Shown here: positions 31,922-43,268 of the stretch, one piece after another
How positions within the stretch are numbered: the stretch's first letter is position 1
Layout of the letters: each line of letters begins with the position of its first letter
Assembly (NCBI GenBank): GCA_052279835.1
Contig: CP181291.1
Coordinates: forward strand, 3,328,001 to 3,392,000
Source: Microcoleus sp.
GTDB taxonomy: Bacteria; Cyanobacteriota; Cyanobacteriia; Cyanobacteriales; Microcoleaceae
Direction of reading: 5' to 3'
DNA: 64,000 nt
Translations under genes and position numbers: made by a program
The notes under the pieces: generated by a model
Databases searched by the model: none
What the model was told of the DNA's origin: nothing
What the model saw: the letters and a program-made list of their open reading frames with translations, nothing else

Positions 31922-33100
31922 TTAACTATACTCACTCAGAGCGATCGCCGCATTCTGACCCCCAAAGCCAAAACTCAAACCAACCGCATTTCTCACTTTG
32001 GTCGATCGGGCACAGCGCACAAAATCTAATTCAAATCCCGGTTGGCGCATTCCGGTGCAAGGTAACAATATCTGCTCTTTGATACTCATTAAACAAAAAG
32101 CTATACCCAAAGCTCCCGAAGCTCCCAAAGTATGTCCCGTCCCCCCTTTAGTCGAACTAACAGCAACTCCGAAAGGAAACAACTTATTAATTAAAAGTGC
32201 TTCGTGTTGGTCATTTAGCCCCGTTGCAGTGCCGTGAGCGTGAATGAAATCGATGTCAAACGTTGATAAATTGCTCCGTTTCAAACATTGATTTACCGCG
32301 GCGATCGCACTTTTTCCTCCAATTTCCGGCGCATTACCATAACACGCATCATTTGTCAAGCCAAAACCCGAAACTCGGCCGTAAATTTGAGCACCGCGAC
32401 TCATTGCCAAATCCGCCGATTCTAATACAAATAAAGCTCCACCTTCGCCGAGTACCAACCCTTCCCGGTCTCGATCGAAGGGATAGCAACCAGTTGTGGC
32501 CAAAGCACCCATCCGGTTAAATCCAGTCAGAGTTAAGGGTGTGATGGGGGCTTCCACGGCACCTGCGATCGCCCGCTGACACAGACCAGTTTGGATTAAC
32601 TCAACAGCTTGGGCGATCGACCAAATACCAGTCGCACAAGCCGCCATCGGCGCGAGCACCGGCCCGGTAGAACCAATTGCTCTGGCCACTGCGATCGCCC
32701 CCATGTGAGGCAAAAAATTCACAAATTCAGAATGGGGAATCGCCAATTCCCTTCCTTCTTCCTTCTGACTTCCCCATACTGGGGTAAGGGGGGGTCTTCT
32801 GACTTCTGTTAACAACAGTTCCAAATTGGCTTGAAAACCACGGCTAGAGCCGATCGCAATTCCACAATCAGGAAGCGGCAAAGTCAAATTAGCATCTTGC
32901 AAAGCATCTGCCAAAACCCGTCGCATTAAAGTTATTAAATCCGCCGGTTTTGAATCAATTAAACCCAGAGGTCGAGGTTGAAGTTCTAAAAAAGGTTGAT
33001 GTTCTTGAATTCCCGACTCCCCCACTAACAGTTTTTTCCAGCTAGTTTCCAGAGAGCCTAAAGCAGAAACTAAACCAATTCCAGTAACAACAACATCCAT
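31922..33100 (-). CDS. Beta-ketoacyl-ACP synthase (FabF-like KAS)
   Basis: VVVTGIGLVS, ACATG, HGTAT, KGGTGHTLG, SFGFGGQN. Confidence 0.9.
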   Translation of the reverse strand: MDVVVTGIGLVSALGSLETSWKKLLVGESGIQEHQPFLELQPRPLGLIDSKPADLITLMRRVLADALQDANLTLPLPDCGIAIGSSRGFQANLELLLTEVRRPPLTPVWGSQKEEGRELAIPHSEFVNFLPHMGAIAVARAIGSTGPVLAPMAACATGIWSIAQAVELIQTGLCQRAIAGAVEAPITPLTLTGFNRMGALATTGCYPFDRDREGLVLGEGGALFVLESADLAMSRGAQIYGRVSGFGLTNDACYGNAPEIGGKSAIAAVNQCLKRSNLSTFDIDFIHAHGTATGLNDQHEALLINKLFPFGVAVSSTKGGTGHTLGASGALGIAFCLMSIKEQILLPCTGMRQPGFELDFVRCARSTKVRNAVGLSFGFGGQNAAIALSEYS

Positions 33101-33226
33101 AAATTAAAGGCTGGGTTTTGGCAAAAATCAGAAAGTAGACAGCAGAAAGCATTTGCTTATCTCAGGAATACTGACTACTAACTAATGACTCATGACTAAG
33201 GACGAATAACTACTAACTAATGCCCA

Positions 33227-34018
33227 CTAACTAACCGCCTTAAAATTTTCCAAACCTTGAGTCACAGTAGCTTTGTCAATGCGATCGCCAGCCTCAATCT
33301 TATCAACCACATCCATCCCTTGCTTGACGTAGCCAAAAACCGCATAGCTACCGTCCAAAAAAGGTACATCCGTCAAAGTAAAATAAAACTGCGAAGAAGC
33401 CGAATCAGGAGCATTCGATCGAGCCATAGCCACAGCCCCACGACTATGCACCAAAACAGGTTTCTCAGTAACCCTAGCTTGCTCAAAGGTGGTGCTGTAG
33501 GTAGGACTTTTCGCACCTTTAGCTTTAATTTCCAGAGGAATATATCGTTCCTGAGAAGTTTTCGGGTCAATAAAACCACCAGTTCCCAACCGCTGAGAAG
33601 GGAATTTAGGATCTTTCCCCTGGGGGTCGCCACCTTGAACCACAAAAGGCTGAGGTTCCCGTACTACGCGGTGAAATACCAGCCCATCGTAGACACCTTT
33701 CTGAACCAAATCCACAAAATTGCCCGCAGTAATCGGAGCATTTGTACCGTCAAGTTCGATCGTAATTGGCGATCCTTTAACCGTCATCACCACCGTTGCT
33801 TTTCCTTCCAAACGCGGCAAGTTACTAAATTGCGAACTAGCAGCCACAACAGCAGGAGACGGAGACGGAGACAAAGAAATACTTTCACCAGATGCCGGAT
33901 TCGGTGTGGGAGTAGAATTGGCGGGAGTGGAACTACCACATCCACCTACAAAAAGGGCACCAATGATTAAAATTGAGAAAAACCACTGCTGAATTCGGAT
34001 TTGCATTTTCACTTTCAC
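33227..34018 (-). CDS. Cyclophilin-type peptidyl-prolyl isomerase (lipoprotein)
   Basis: Lipobox-like [33 protein letters not shown]. Confidence 0.92.
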   Translation of the reverse strand: MKVKMQIRIQQWFFSILIIGALFVGGCGSSTPANSTPTPNPASGESISLSPSPSPAVVAASSQFSNLPRLEGKATVVMTVKGSPITIELDGTNAPITAGNFVDLVQKGVYDGLVFHRVVREPQPFVVQGGDPQGKDPKFPSQRLGTGGFIDPKTSQERYIPLEIKAKGAKSPTYSTTFEQARVTEKPVLVHSRGAVAMARSNAPDSASSQFYFTLTDVPFLDGSYAVFGYVKQGMDVVDKIEAGDRIDKATVTQGLENFKAVS

Positions 34019-34191
34019 TTGATTAAAAACTTGGCAACTAGAGATGTTAGACCAAAAACTCAGAAATTGCTAAGTGGATGGGGAGGGTAGGCATTCTTGG
34101 CACTACCCCTACACAATGATGGTTTGTCACCAGAATGAAACAGCCCTGCCCACTTACCAATTCCAAATCCAAAATCTCAAATCTAAAATTC

Positions 34192-34758
34192 TTAAAGTCC
34201 TTCCAAGGGAACCTTCAAAAATCGAGCCAATTCGGCCGCTTCATTTTCCACCTTAGACAAGGATATGGGTTGTCCGACTCTAGTCAGGGGAAACTGACGG
34301 CGGTCTTTGAGCTTGAGATAAATACTGCGACGGGGACTGAGACCGTCTTTGATGTCCACCCGTACTGATTGAACATCGGATGTTTTGCAGGTAAAGTCTA
34401 CTTTACGGTTTTTGCCTGGAAAACCCCAGCGAAAGATGCGAATACTGCCTGTTTCGCGATCGAACTCATTATACCCGCCACCAAGATCCCAGAGAACACT
34501 CAGCCAGAGGTAAGACCCCAACAGCAGAGCACAGACACCGTAGAAACCCATCGCGATGCCCTGGGGGATAAAAATGAGCTGAGTCGGGTCAGCAAAAGGC
34601 AGCAGATTTACGTGCAAGTAGCTAGAAATGCTCGACAGCAGGAAGCCAGTCCCTCCAATGCTGACCACCGTCGCCCACCAGTAATTGCTGAAGCGGCGGG
34701 AACCCAAAACCTGCTGGCGCAGGATGCGTCCGCTCGAAGTCGTTGTTTGTGCAGTCAT
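34192..34758 (-). CDS. ycf4: Photosystem I assembly protein Ycf4
   Basis: GSRRFSNYWWA, PQGIAMGFYG, FRWGFPGKNR, LARFLKVPLEGL. Confidence 0.97.
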   Translation of the reverse strand: MTAQTTTSSGRILRQQVLGSRRFSNYWWATVVSIGGTGFLLSSISSYLHVNLLPFADPTQLIFIPQGIAMGFYGVCALLLGSYLWLSVLWDLGGGYNEFDRETGSIRIFRWGFPGKNRKVDFTCKTSDVQSVRVDIKDGLSPRRSIYLKLKDRRQFPLTRVGQPISLSKVENEAAELARFLKVPLEGL

Positions 34759-34953
34759 AAAATTCAAAAGCGTTAAAGCCAAATCTTAATTCAACTACCA
34801 ATCGAGTTGAAATTTTATGAAATTATAATGTATAGTTATGTTAACTTTAATTAGAACCACCTTTCATCCCCACCTAACATTCATATATGAAGAATTTTAG
34901 TTGGGGTAATTGACAAACCTTAACCTTTTAACAAGCAAGAGGATTTTACAGCA

Positions 34954-36012
34954 ATGACAATTGCAGTCGGACGCGCCCAGAACGAGCGAGGCATCTTTGA
35001 TGTACTCGACGACTGGCTCAAACGCGATCGTTTCGTCTTCGTAGGCTGGTCTGGCATCCTGCTATTCCCCTGCGCCTACATGGCCATTGGTGGCTGGCTG
35101 ACCGGCACCACCTTCGTCACATCCTGGTACACCCACGGTTTGGCAAGCTCCTACCTCGAAGGAGCCAACTTCCTCACCGTCGCAGTATCCACCCCAGCCA
35201 ACAGCCTCGGACACTCCCTGCTGTTCCTGTGGGGCCCCGAAGCACAGTGGGACTTCACCCGCTGGTTCCAACTCGGTGGCCTATGGGCCTTTGTCGCACT
35301 CCACGGCGCTTTCGCACTGATCGGCTTCTGCTTGCGTCAGATCGAAATCTCCCGTTTAGTCGGCATCCGTCCTTACAACGCTTTGGCATTCACTGGCCCC
35401 ATCGCCGTGTTCGTCTCGGTGTTCCTGCTTTACCCCTTGGGTCAATCAGGCTGGTTCTTTGCCCCCAGCTTCGGCGTGGCAGCAATTTTCCGCTTCCTCC
35501 TATTCCTGCAAGGCTTCCACAACTGGACCCTCAACCCCTTCCACATGATGGGTGTTGCAGGTATCTTGGGTGGTGCGCTCTTGTGCGCCATTCACGGTGC
35601 TACCGTGGAAAACACCTTGTTTGAAGACGGTGAAGGTGCTAACACTTTCCGCGCTTTCAACCCAACTCAGTCTGAAGAAACCTACTCCATGGTGACAGCT
35701 AACCGTTTTTGGTCGCAAATCTTCGGAATTGCTTTCTCCAACAAACGTTGGTTACACTTCTTCATGTTGTTCGTACCTGTCACAGGCTTGTGGATGAGCT
35801 CTTTGGGTATCGTCGGTTTAGCATTAAACCTGCGGGCCTATGACTTTGTATCCCAAGAACTTCGTGCAGCAGAAGATCCTGAGTTTGAAACGTTCTACAC
35901 TAAGAATATTCTGTTGAACGAAGGTATTCGTGCTTGGATGGCTCCAACCGACCAACCACACGAAAACTTCATCTTCCCAGAAGAAGTTCTGCCTCGTGGT
36001 AACGCACTTTAA
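34954..36012 (+). CDS. psbD: Photosystem II D2 protein
   Basis: [16 protein letters not shown] ... [10 protein letters not shown], 352 aa. Confidence 0.99.
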   Translation: MTIAVGRAQNERGIFDVLDDWLKRDRFVFVGWSGILLFPCAYMAIGGWLTGTTFVTSWYTHGLASSYLEGANFLTVAVSTPANSLGHSLLFLWGPEAQWDFTRWFQLGGLWAFVALHGAFALIGFCLRQIEISRLVGIRPYNALAFTGPIAVFVSVFLLYPLGQSGWFFAPSFGVAAIFRFLLFLQGFHNWTLNPFHMMGVAGILGGALLCAIHGATVENTLFEDGEGANTFRAFNPTQSEETYSMVTANRFWSQIFGIAFSNKRWLHFFMLFVPVTGLWMSSLGIVGLALNLRAYDFVSQELRAAEDPEFETFYTKNILLNEGIRAWMAPTDQPHENFIFPEEVLPRGNAL

Positions 36013-36336
36013 TGCTGCTCACGGCCAATTTGCCAATATTTTCAAGTATGTTGCTTGGAAATTGGGTAAAAACGTTTTGTTCGTCGAGCCCAAGAGAACT
36101 TCTCAGTATTGCTGGAATTGCCTCAACAAAGTACCGAAAGAATTGGCACAAAGGTGGCATTCTTGTCGGTGCGGAGAGTCTTTAGATCGAGACGAAAACT
36201 CGGCTAAACTTATCAAAAAGATTGGCCTGAGTAATGAAAGTGGCGGGGGAACTCCGTCACTCAAAAAAGCCCTTGCACAAAGGGAAATAGAAGCCTGCGG
36301 TCTAGCGGTACTCCGCTGACCGTCAGGTTAGTTCAC
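36013..36336 (+). mobile_element. IS200/IS605-family TnpB C-terminal remnant with right end
   Basis: TSQYCWNC..WHSCRCG..DRDENSA (Zn ribbon + RuvC-III); right-end-like GAAGCCTGCGG...CAGGTTAGTTCAC. Confidence 0.85.
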
Positions 36337-36454
36337 ACACCGATCTCCAAATCCTAGTTCCCAGGCGGAGGGGCTGCTTCCCCGCAACCAATCTGGTAAC
36401 GAAAAAACCAGAAATTCCCAATCAAAAATCCCAAATAGATGGAGGTTATACCGC

Positions 36455-37834
36455 GTGGTAACGCTCTCTAATTCCTATGCAAGCGGTCGCGACCAAGAGT
36501 CCTCCGGGTTCGCTTGGTGGTCTGGCAACGCTCGTTTGATCAATCTTTCCGGCAAACTGCTCGGCGCCCACGTCGCTCACGCCGGCTTGATCGTTTTCTG
36601 GGCTGGAGCAATGACTTTGTTTGAAGTCGCTCACTTTATTCCAGAAAAGCCCATGTACGAACAAGGCTTAATCTTGATGCCTCACGTCGCTACTTTGGGT
36701 TGGGGCGTCGGCCCTGGCGGTGAAGTTACAGACATCTTCCCGTTCTTCGTAGTCGGTGTTCTCCACTTGATTTCATCTGCTGTTCTCGGTTTGGGCGGCA
36801 TTTATCACGCCGTTCGCGGCCCTGAAGTTCTCGAAGAATATTCTTCGTTCTTCGGCTACGACTGGAAAGATAAAAACCAGATGACCAACATCATCGGCTA
36901 TCACCTGATTTTGTTGGGTGGCGGTTGCTTGCTGCTGGTTGCTAAGGCCATGTTCTTCGGCGGTGTCTATGACACTTGGGCTCCGGGTGGCGGCGACGTG
37001 CGTATTATCACGAACCCGACTCTCAACCCCGCTGTGATTTTTGGCTACTTGGTTCGTTCTCCTTTTGGTGGCGAAGGCTGGATAGTCAGCGTCAACAACA
37101 TGGAAGACATCATCGGCGGTCACATCTGGCTGGGCCTGATTTGTATCGCTGGCGGTGTTTGGCACATTTTGACCAAGCCTTTCGGCTGGGCTCGTCGCGC
37201 CTTAATCTGGTCTGGCGAAGCTTACTTGTCTTACAGCTTGGGTGCTTTGTCCCTGATGGGCTTCATCGCTTGCTGTTTTGTTTGGTTCAACAACACTGCT
37301 TACCCCAGCGAATTCTACGGCCCGACTGGTCCTGAAGCTTCTCAAGCGCAAGCTTTGACCTTCTTGATCCGCGACCAACGCTTGGGTGCTAACGTCGGTT
37401 CTGCACAAGGCCCGACTGGTCTGGGTAAATACCTGATGCGCTCTCCTACTGGCGAAATCATTTTCGGCGGTGAAACCATGCGTTTCTGGGATTTCCAAGG
37501 CCCTTGGTTGGAACCTTTGCGTGGTACTAATGGCTTGGATTTGAACAAAATTAAGAATGACATTCAGCCTTGGCAAGCTCGCCGCGCTGCTGAGTACATG
37601 ACTCATGCTCCTTTGGGTTCTTTGAACTCTGTGGGTGGTGTGGCGACTGAAGTTAACTCGTTTAACTTCACTTCTCCTCGTTCTTGGTTGTCCTGTTTCC
37701 ACTTTGTGATGGGTTTCTTTTTCTTGGTCGGCCACTTGTGGCACGCTGGTCGCGCTCGTGCGGCTGTCGCTGGCTTTGAGAAGGGTATCAATCGTGAGAC
37801 GGAAGCGGTTCTTTCGATGCCTGATTTGGATTAA
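36455..37834 (+). CDS. psbC: Photosystem II CP43 protein
   Basis: GTG start with [26 protein letters not shown] ... LSMPDLD. Confidence 0.99.
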   Translation: MVTLSNSYASGRDQESSGFAWWSGNARLINLSGKLLGAHVAHAGLIVFWAGAMTLFEVAHFIPEKPMYEQGLILMPHVATLGWGVGPGGEVTDIFPFFVVGVLHLISSAVLGLGGIYHAVRGPEVLEEYSSFFGYDWKDKNQMTNIIGYHLILLGGGCLLLVAKAMFFGGVYDTWAPGGGDVRIITNPTLNPAVIFGYLVRSPFGGEGWIVSVNNMEDIIGGHIWLGLICIAGGVWHILTKPFGWARRALIWSGEAYLSYSLGALSLMGFIACCFVWFNNTAYPSEFYGPTGPEASQAQALTFLIRDQRLGANVGSAQGPTGLGKYLMRSPTGEIIFGGETMRFWDFQGPWLEPLRGTNGLDLNKIKNDIQPWQARRAAEYMTHAPLGSLNSVGGVATEVNSFNFTSPRSWLSCFHFVMGFFFLVGHLWHAGRARAAVAGFEKGINRETEAVLSMPDLD

Positions 37835-37872
37835 TCGATCGCATTTATTGCTGATTTGATTGTCTAATCATT

Positions 37873-37905
37873 AAAAGGCTCCTGTTTAATCGCAGGAGCC
37901 TTTTT
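37873..37905 (+). terminator. Intrinsic terminator after psbC
   Basis: AAAAGGCTCCTG/CAGGAGCCTTTTT. Confidence 0.85.
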
Positions 37906-38149
37906 GTTGAGATCTGGTAATACAATGATATGGTTTCGGAATTATTTAACCGCCAAGGTGGTTAAGGCATAACTTTGGGGTAAGGGCTCTCGCATTCGGG
38001 CAGATAATTTATGGGTTTTACTCAAGAATTTTCCGCCCGAATGCTTCGCCCCTACTGCCTTAATCGCCTTGGCGGTTGCTATATTTAACCGCAGAGACCG
38101 CAGAGGCAGAGAAGGAGAGATGAATAATTCCGATATCAAGGGATTTGAT

Positions 38150-38788
38150 ATGGCTCGTCTAACTTGGTTGAGTTTACTAAAAACACGTCGGACGATCGCA
38201 GTTATTCGTTCGGACGATCGGGAAATGGCTTGGCAGATGGCACAAGCTGTAGCTAAAGGGGGAATTGAGTTTATTGAAATTACTTGGAATACTGAAAAAG
38301 CGGGTGAGTTAATTTCTCAACTCCGCTTGGAATTTCCTACTTTTAGTATTGGTACTGGCACATTATTGAATTTAGAACAGTTGCAGGAAGCTATAGCTTG
38401 TGGCGCTCAATTCCTGTTTACTCCTCACACTGATGTAGCTATGATTAAATTAGCTGTTGACGCGGGAGTGCCGATCGTCCCTGGTGCTTTCTCTCCGACG
38501 GAAATTGTGACGGCGTGGCAAGCGGGCGCTACCTGCGTTAAGGTGTTTCCGATATCGAGTTTGGGAGGTGCGGCTTACCTGAAAGCTCTGCAAGGCCCGC
38601 TGGGTGACATTCCTTTGATTCCGACGGGTGGGGTGACGCTGGATAATGCGAAGGTATTTATTGATGCTGGGGCGATCGCGGTTGGTTTAGCTGGAGACTT
38701 ATTTCCCAAACATTTGGTGGCTAATGGGGATTGGGAGGCGATCGCCCAAATTGCTCGCACTCTCACCCAAAACTTAACAACTTCTTAA
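38150..38788 (+). CDS. eda: KDPG/KHG aldolase
   Basis: IAVIR, IEIT, GTGT, PGAFSPTEI, VKVFP, IPTGGV. Confidence 0.9.
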   Translation: MARLTWLSLLKTRRTIAVIRSDDREMAWQMAQAVAKGGIEFIEITWNTEKAGELISQLRLEFPTFSIGTGTLLNLEQLQEAIACGAQFLFTPHTDVAMIKLAVDAGVPIVPGAFSPTEIVTAWQAGATCVKVFPISSLGGAAYLKALQGPLGDIPLIPTGGVTLDNAKVFIDAGAIAVGLAGDLFPKHLVANGDWEAIAQIARTLTQNLTTS

Positions 38789-38847
38789 TCCTGTTTCCTA
38801 ATCTAAAATCTCAAATTTGAATTTTCAAATGAGCTGAGGTCTGAGAA

Positions 38848-39369
38848 ATGAAAAACAATATAAACTCAAGTTACTTCCACCGCGTTGGAACTTTAGCTGC
38901 TGGCTTGGCCTTGACAATTGCAGCTTTTTGTGGTACGTCAAATCCTGTAATTGCAGGGGAAAAGCACAACACCATTGCCTATCGAATTATGGAGTTGCAA
39001 CAATCTAGTCAACGCTGGATTGAAATAGATTTATCCAGACAAAAGCTCATAGCTTGGGAAGGAAATAAATCAGTTTATGCTGTCAATATTTCCAGTGGCA
39101 AATCATCGACTCCCACGCGCACGGGAACGTTTGCGATTCAAACCAAATATCGGGTTGCAAGGATGACTGGGCCGGACTACGATGTCCCCGATGTTCCTTA
39201 TACCATGTATTACGATGGTGGCATGGCAATCCACGGCGCTTATTGGCACAATTTGTTTGGAAATCCTGTGACTCATGGTTGTACAAATGTGGCGGTAAAT
39301 CACGCTAAATGGCTCTTCAATTGGGCATCGGTGGGGACTGCGGTGGTGGTACACAAATCTGAAATTTAG
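38848..39369 (+). CDS. L,D-transpeptidase (YkuD family)
   Basis: IEIDLSRQ, AIHGAYW, THGC; signal peptide. Confidence 0.92.
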   Translation: MKNNINSSYFHRVGTLAAGLALTIAAFCGTSNPVIAGEKHNTIAYRIMELQQSSQRWIEIDLSRQKLIAWEGNKSVYAVNISSGKSSTPTRTGTFAIQTKYRVARMTGPDYDVPDVPYTMYYDGGMAIHGAYWHNLFGNPVTHGCTNVAVNHAKWLFNWASVGTAVVVHKSEI

Positions 39370-39440
39370 GGCATGGGGCATAGGAAGTAAAGAAGCTAGT
39401 TGATGTCTAGCGGATATCTAGTAAAGGAGAAAGAAAGCCG

Positions 39441-40076
39441 ATGATCCAAACCATATCCAAGACAAAAACTTTGATGTTTGATGAGTTCGTTGCCTGGTAT
39501 CCAGAAAACTCTGTCCACCGGTACGAACTACACAACGGAGTAATTGTTGAAATGCCTTTAGGAACTGGCGACCATTCCGACGTTACGGGCTTTATATCGA
39601 GTGAAATCAATTTTGAAATCAGGCGACTGCAATTGCCTTATTCAATTCCAGGTGACTGCTTACTCAAGCTTTCTCGTAACGAATCAGGCTACCAACCAGA
39701 TGTAATTGTGCTAGACCGAACCGCACTTATAAACGAACCACGCTGGAAAAAAGAATCGATCATCACGATGGGTAGTTCGGTTCGACTGGCTGTAGAGGTA
39801 GTCAGCACAAACTGGCGGGATGATTATTTTTTCAAGGCCTCTGACTATGAGGAAATGGGCATTTCTGAATACTGGATTGTAGACTATCTCGGTTTAGGTG
39901 GTCGTAAGTTCATCGGTAATCCTAAGCAACCCACAATCTCGGTTTACCAACTGGTAGATGGGGAGTATCAGGTTCAACAGTTTAGGGGAAGTGAGAGGGT
40001 GGAGTCGCTGGCTTTTCCAGAATTGAGCTTGACGGCTGAGCAGATTTTTCGGGCTGGCTTGCCTGCTTGCAGTTGA
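39441..40076 (+). CDS. Uma2-family endonuclease
   Basis: YELHNG, QPDVIV, AVEVVS, GISEYWIVD. Confidence 0.9.
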   Translation: MIQTISKTKTLMFDEFVAWYPENSVHRYELHNGVIVEMPLGTGDHSDVTGFISSEINFEIRRLQLPYSIPGDCLLKLSRNESGYQPDVIVLDRTALINEPRWKKESIITMGSSVRLAVEVVSTNWRDDYFFKASDYEEMGISEYWIVDYLGLGGRKFIGNPKQPTISVYQLVDGEYQVQQFRGSERVESLAFPELSLTAEQIFRAGLPACS

Positions 40077-40101
40077 CGGGGGAGAAAGTCACTAAGGTGA
40101 T

Positions 40102-40155
40102 TTCTTAGTCCGCGGAGGCGGACTTTGTTTGTGTAGTAGCGGTTTCAACCGCCGA
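40102..40155. repeat. Dispersed repeat (TAGTCCGCG..GGCGGACTTTGTTTGTGTAG..GCGGTTTCAACCGCC)
   Basis: Copies as an inverted pair at about 45092-45236; partial copies at about 42509-42555 and 51738-51775. Confidence 0.75.
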
Positions 40156-40245
40156 ATCATCTATTAGACATCTCCTAAAAAGCCTGGGTCGAACAGGCAG
40201 GATGCCTGTTCCACAATAATTATGGGAGATGTCTAAAGTATATCC

Positions 40246-41835
40246 TTAACTTAGCTGCACAACTGGTTTATCCTCTAACAAAGTTTGATTTGTCAGCAAA
40301 TCTTCCACGGTAATTCGCAGAAAACGCTGTTCATCAACGCGGAATAAAGCTTTTATGCGATCGCCTCCCGGATACCCCGGCGGTGTCAATTGAGCGATGC
40401 TGCGAGCTCCGTCTTTGTCGTTTAGCGGTTGTACAGATGTTTTGCCTGCGAGTTGGCGAGTAATGAGTCTATCACCATCAAAATAGATCTCTGTGCTGCC
40501 AGTTTCCGCTCCCAATTCACCGATAATTAATTCTATACTCGGCTGATTTTCTAGAGAAGCTCCCAATACTAATTCTACTGGTTCGGTCATCGGGTAAGAC
40601 TGACCGGATTTGATTAAGTTATGCCAACTATGACAATTTTCGCGACGATTCCAGTACCGAATGCCATAACTGTGGTAGAGAAAATCTTTGATTTGTATAC
40701 CTTGACTCAGTTGCAGAGCACCTTGGGCGATCGCCTCAAAGGGCTTGTCACACTTAATTTTTGCTGGATCGAAATATTGTTCAACCCACCGTTTTACAGC
40801 CGGAATTTGTACAGTGCCGCCAACTAGCAAAACTGCGTCGATATCCGCAATTTCTAAACCCTGACGGCGCGCTTGCTGCAATACTTGATTCATGGACTCA
40901 TCCAGGTTGTCAAAAAATTGATGTTCGGCGAGGATGGATTCAAAGCGATCGCGATTTAATTCTAATTCATAAGTCTCAAAATTTTCTTCATCAAAATAGA
41001 CCTCTGTAGCCCGTTCTTGTACAGATAATTGAATTTTTAAACGTTCGGCTAATCTAGTGATGATGGAAGATGGCATCATTCCTGTAGTTTTGATGAAATC
41101 ATCTGCCAGCCAATTATCAATATCCGAACCGCCTAAATTTTGTCCAGCTTTAGCTAAAACACGGGCTATTTTGGCTTTTTGTCCTGAAGATTCAGCCAGG
41201 GACTTATCACCCCATTTCAGCAGGAAACCGAGGGGGTTTTTGTGGGCAGAAATATCTAAACGGACTAAAGAAAGGTCGAGAGTTCCGCCACCGAAATCAA
41301 TCACTAACAGATTTTCGCGATCGCCTAAACCGTAACCCAAAGCAGCAGCCGTGGGTTCATCCAACATCCGCACCTGTTCTACTTGCAAGGATTGAGAGAG
41401 TTTTCCCAGCCAATTGCGGTAAGCTTCAAAACTGTCTACAGGAACGGTAAAAACCAAAGAATCTACAGGTAGTGGCAGTTCGCGAATGGAGCCGACAATT
41501 TGAGTCAAAAACCACTGTCCTACTTGCTCAAAATTAACTATTTGTCCGTCAAGTTCTGGGACAAAACCCTGAATGGGAGTGCCAATTCCTCGTTTGAAAT
41601 TGCGGAAAAATCGAGAATCCGTACTCAAGTCAAGGCCTTTGTCGCGGACTTGTTGACCAAGTATTACTTGATTGTGAGCAGCGTTCTCAACATAGAGCAA
41701 ACTAGGAATTAGGGGGGGATTTTGAGCTGAAATTGCCGATAGTCCCGGCAATTTCAAAGTTTCGGGCTTGGATGTCGCCGGATTCCAGCGAGCGACGACG
41801 GTGTTGCTAGTTCCAAAATCAATTGCGATCGCCAT
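40246..41835 (-). CDS. Hsp70/DnaK-like family protein
   Basis: AIDFGTSN, EPTAAALGYG, IDFGGGTLD, LGGSDID, VLLVGG. Confidence 0.9.
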   Translation of the reverse strand: MAIAIDFGTSNTVVARWNPATSKPETLKLPGLSAISAQNPPLIPSLLYVENAAHNQVILGQQVRDKGLDLSTDSRFFRNFKRGIGTPIQGFVPELDGQIVNFEQVGQWFLTQIVGSIRELPLPVDSLVFTVPVDSFEAYRNWLGKLSQSLQVEQVRMLDEPTAAALGYGLGDRENLLVIDFGGGTLDLSLVRLDISAHKNPLGFLLKWGDKSLAESSGQKAKIARVLAKAGQNLGGSDIDNWLADDFIKTTGMMPSSIITRLAERLKIQLSVQERATEVYFDEENFETYELELNRDRFESILAEHQFFDNLDESMNQVLQQARRQGLEIADIDAVLLVGGTVQIPAVKRWVEQYFDPAKIKCDKPFEAIAQGALQLSQGIQIKDFLYHSYGIRYWNRRENCHSWHNLIKSGQSYPMTEPVELVLGASLENQPSIELIIGELGAETGSTEIYFDGDRLITRQLAGKTSVQPLNDKDGARSIAQLTPPGYPGGDRIKALFRVDEQRFLRITVEDLLTNQTLLEDKPVVQLS

Positions 41836-42029
41836 TGAAGCAAAATACACAGCTACTAGGGATTACAGCATATTAGGGTATTTGGAGACGCCTATGCAAA
41901 TAGGATATTTCAGGCAGAAAATTGCTGGCTAACCCTGAGCCGATCGCCCTCAAGCCCTAGATTATTTATTTTTGCTTTCAATTCCAGCTAAAATCAAAAT
42001 GAGACTTTTTGAGAAATCTCTGATTAGGG

Positions 42030-42476
42030 ATGCAGCAGATGAACCTACCTTCTTTCTTGTGGTTGTGGAAAATAGCGGCTTGGTCTATGGGTTTTTCCCT
42101 GTTTGCTTACCTGTTGCTGGCGGTTACTGGAACGTGGATGTTCGCCGCTCGTAGCACCAAAAACCCCCGTCCAAAATGGCTGCGTCCTTTCCATTTAGCT
42201 ACAGGTGCGGGGATGGCGACTTTGGTAATTTTACTGCTGGGGATTGGCGTAGTTGGAACCCTGGGAGAATACGGCTATTTAGGTCATTCTGCTCATTTGC
42301 CTGTGGGGTTAGCAGTTGTTACTTTGGTGTTAGTTTCTGTTGCTAGCGGTCTGCAAATTAGCCCCAAAAATCCTTGGGCTCGTCCTTTACATATCGGCGC
42401 TAATTTGACTTTGTGTGGGGGATTTGTGCTGGTGTTGCTGACAGGATGGACTATTGTCCAAAAGTATTTGCCTTGA
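42030..42476 (+). CDS. DUF4079-like membrane protein
   Basis: Four TM helices with His in LRPFH, GHSAH, ARPLH; C-terminal VQKYLP. Confidence 0.7.
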   Translation: MQQMNLPSFLWLWKIAAWSMGFSLFAYLLLAVTGTWMFAARSTKNPRPKWLRPFHLATGAGMATLVILLLGIGVVGTLGEYGYLGHSAHLPVGLAVVTLVLVSVASGLQISPKNPWARPLHIGANLTLCGGFVLVLLTGWTIVQKYLP

Positions 42477-42856
42477 TGTTTTTGCAGTTTGCTAGGCCGT
42501 TTATGATTCGGCGGTTGAAAGCGCTACTACGCAAACTTTCGTCCGCGCCACGCGAGAGTGAAAAACCAGGTGGTAGGATTTGGTATCAGAAAATCGGGTT
42601 TTTGTGTAATATCGTTTACGGTTGCATCGGAATGATTTAACCGCTCTTGGCGCAGAGGGCACAGAGGAGGAGAAGAGAGATGAATACAGGACGATACCAA
42701 AGGATTTGATATTATATCAAATCCTCTCTTCATTGGAATTATTAAACTCTCTCTTCTCTTCCTCTTTCCCCCCTTGGGGGGGGCAGGGGGGGGTCGTCCT
42801 TCGCGCCTTCGCGGTTAAATCATTCCGATACAACCGGAATTGATATAACTTCTGAG

Positions 42857-43162
42857 TTACTTGCCGCCGTAATAAAAGGCAACTTCTTTATCCTTGAGCG
42901 GTGCAAAGTTGGCAGCGATCAGCATTTGATCTAGTTCTGCTTGAGGCAGGTGTTTGACACCGATGCGGACAATGCGCGATCGCATGGTATTTGATACACC
43001 ACTTCGCTGTCTCCCTGCTTCTAATCCCATTACTTTCTCGTAAAGGTCTAATTTTGCCTGGGGAATTGGAGAGCCATCAAAGTCTATACCAGAGGCGATC
43101 GCGACATCGATCGCATCTGCGCCAGTTGTAGATTGAGCCACTGATTTTGTTTCTTCAGACAT
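42857..43162 (-). CDS. Conserved cyanobacterial protein (DUF4090-like)
   Basis: GADAIDVAIASGIDFDGSPIP..RQRSGVSNTMRSRIVRIG. Confidence 0.75.
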   Translation of the reverse strand: MSEETKSVAQSTTGADAIDVAIASGIDFDGSPIPQAKLDLYEKVMGLEAGRQRSGVSNTMRSRIVRIGVKHLPQAELDQMLIAANFAPLKDKEVAFYYGGK

Positions 43163-43268
43163 GGGTGATAATTTAAAAAAAATACAATCGCTCAACCGAA
43201 AAATCTCAAATTGGGCGTTGGCGTTATAAATAAGCTTGAATCCTTGACAAATCAAGGATTTAATTTAG

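Noticed and set aside
31922..33100. KAS plus SRPBCC as a type II polyketide cluster linked to the halogenase
   Set aside because: The genes are scattered among housekeeping genes 3-10 kb away, with no ACP or chain-length factor nearby.
33257..37744. Long antisense or alternate-frame ORFs over the PPIase, psbD and psbC (also over cmpX, lpxB-like and RTX genes)
   Set aside because: They are codon-bias shadows of well-supported genes and have no recognisable motifs.
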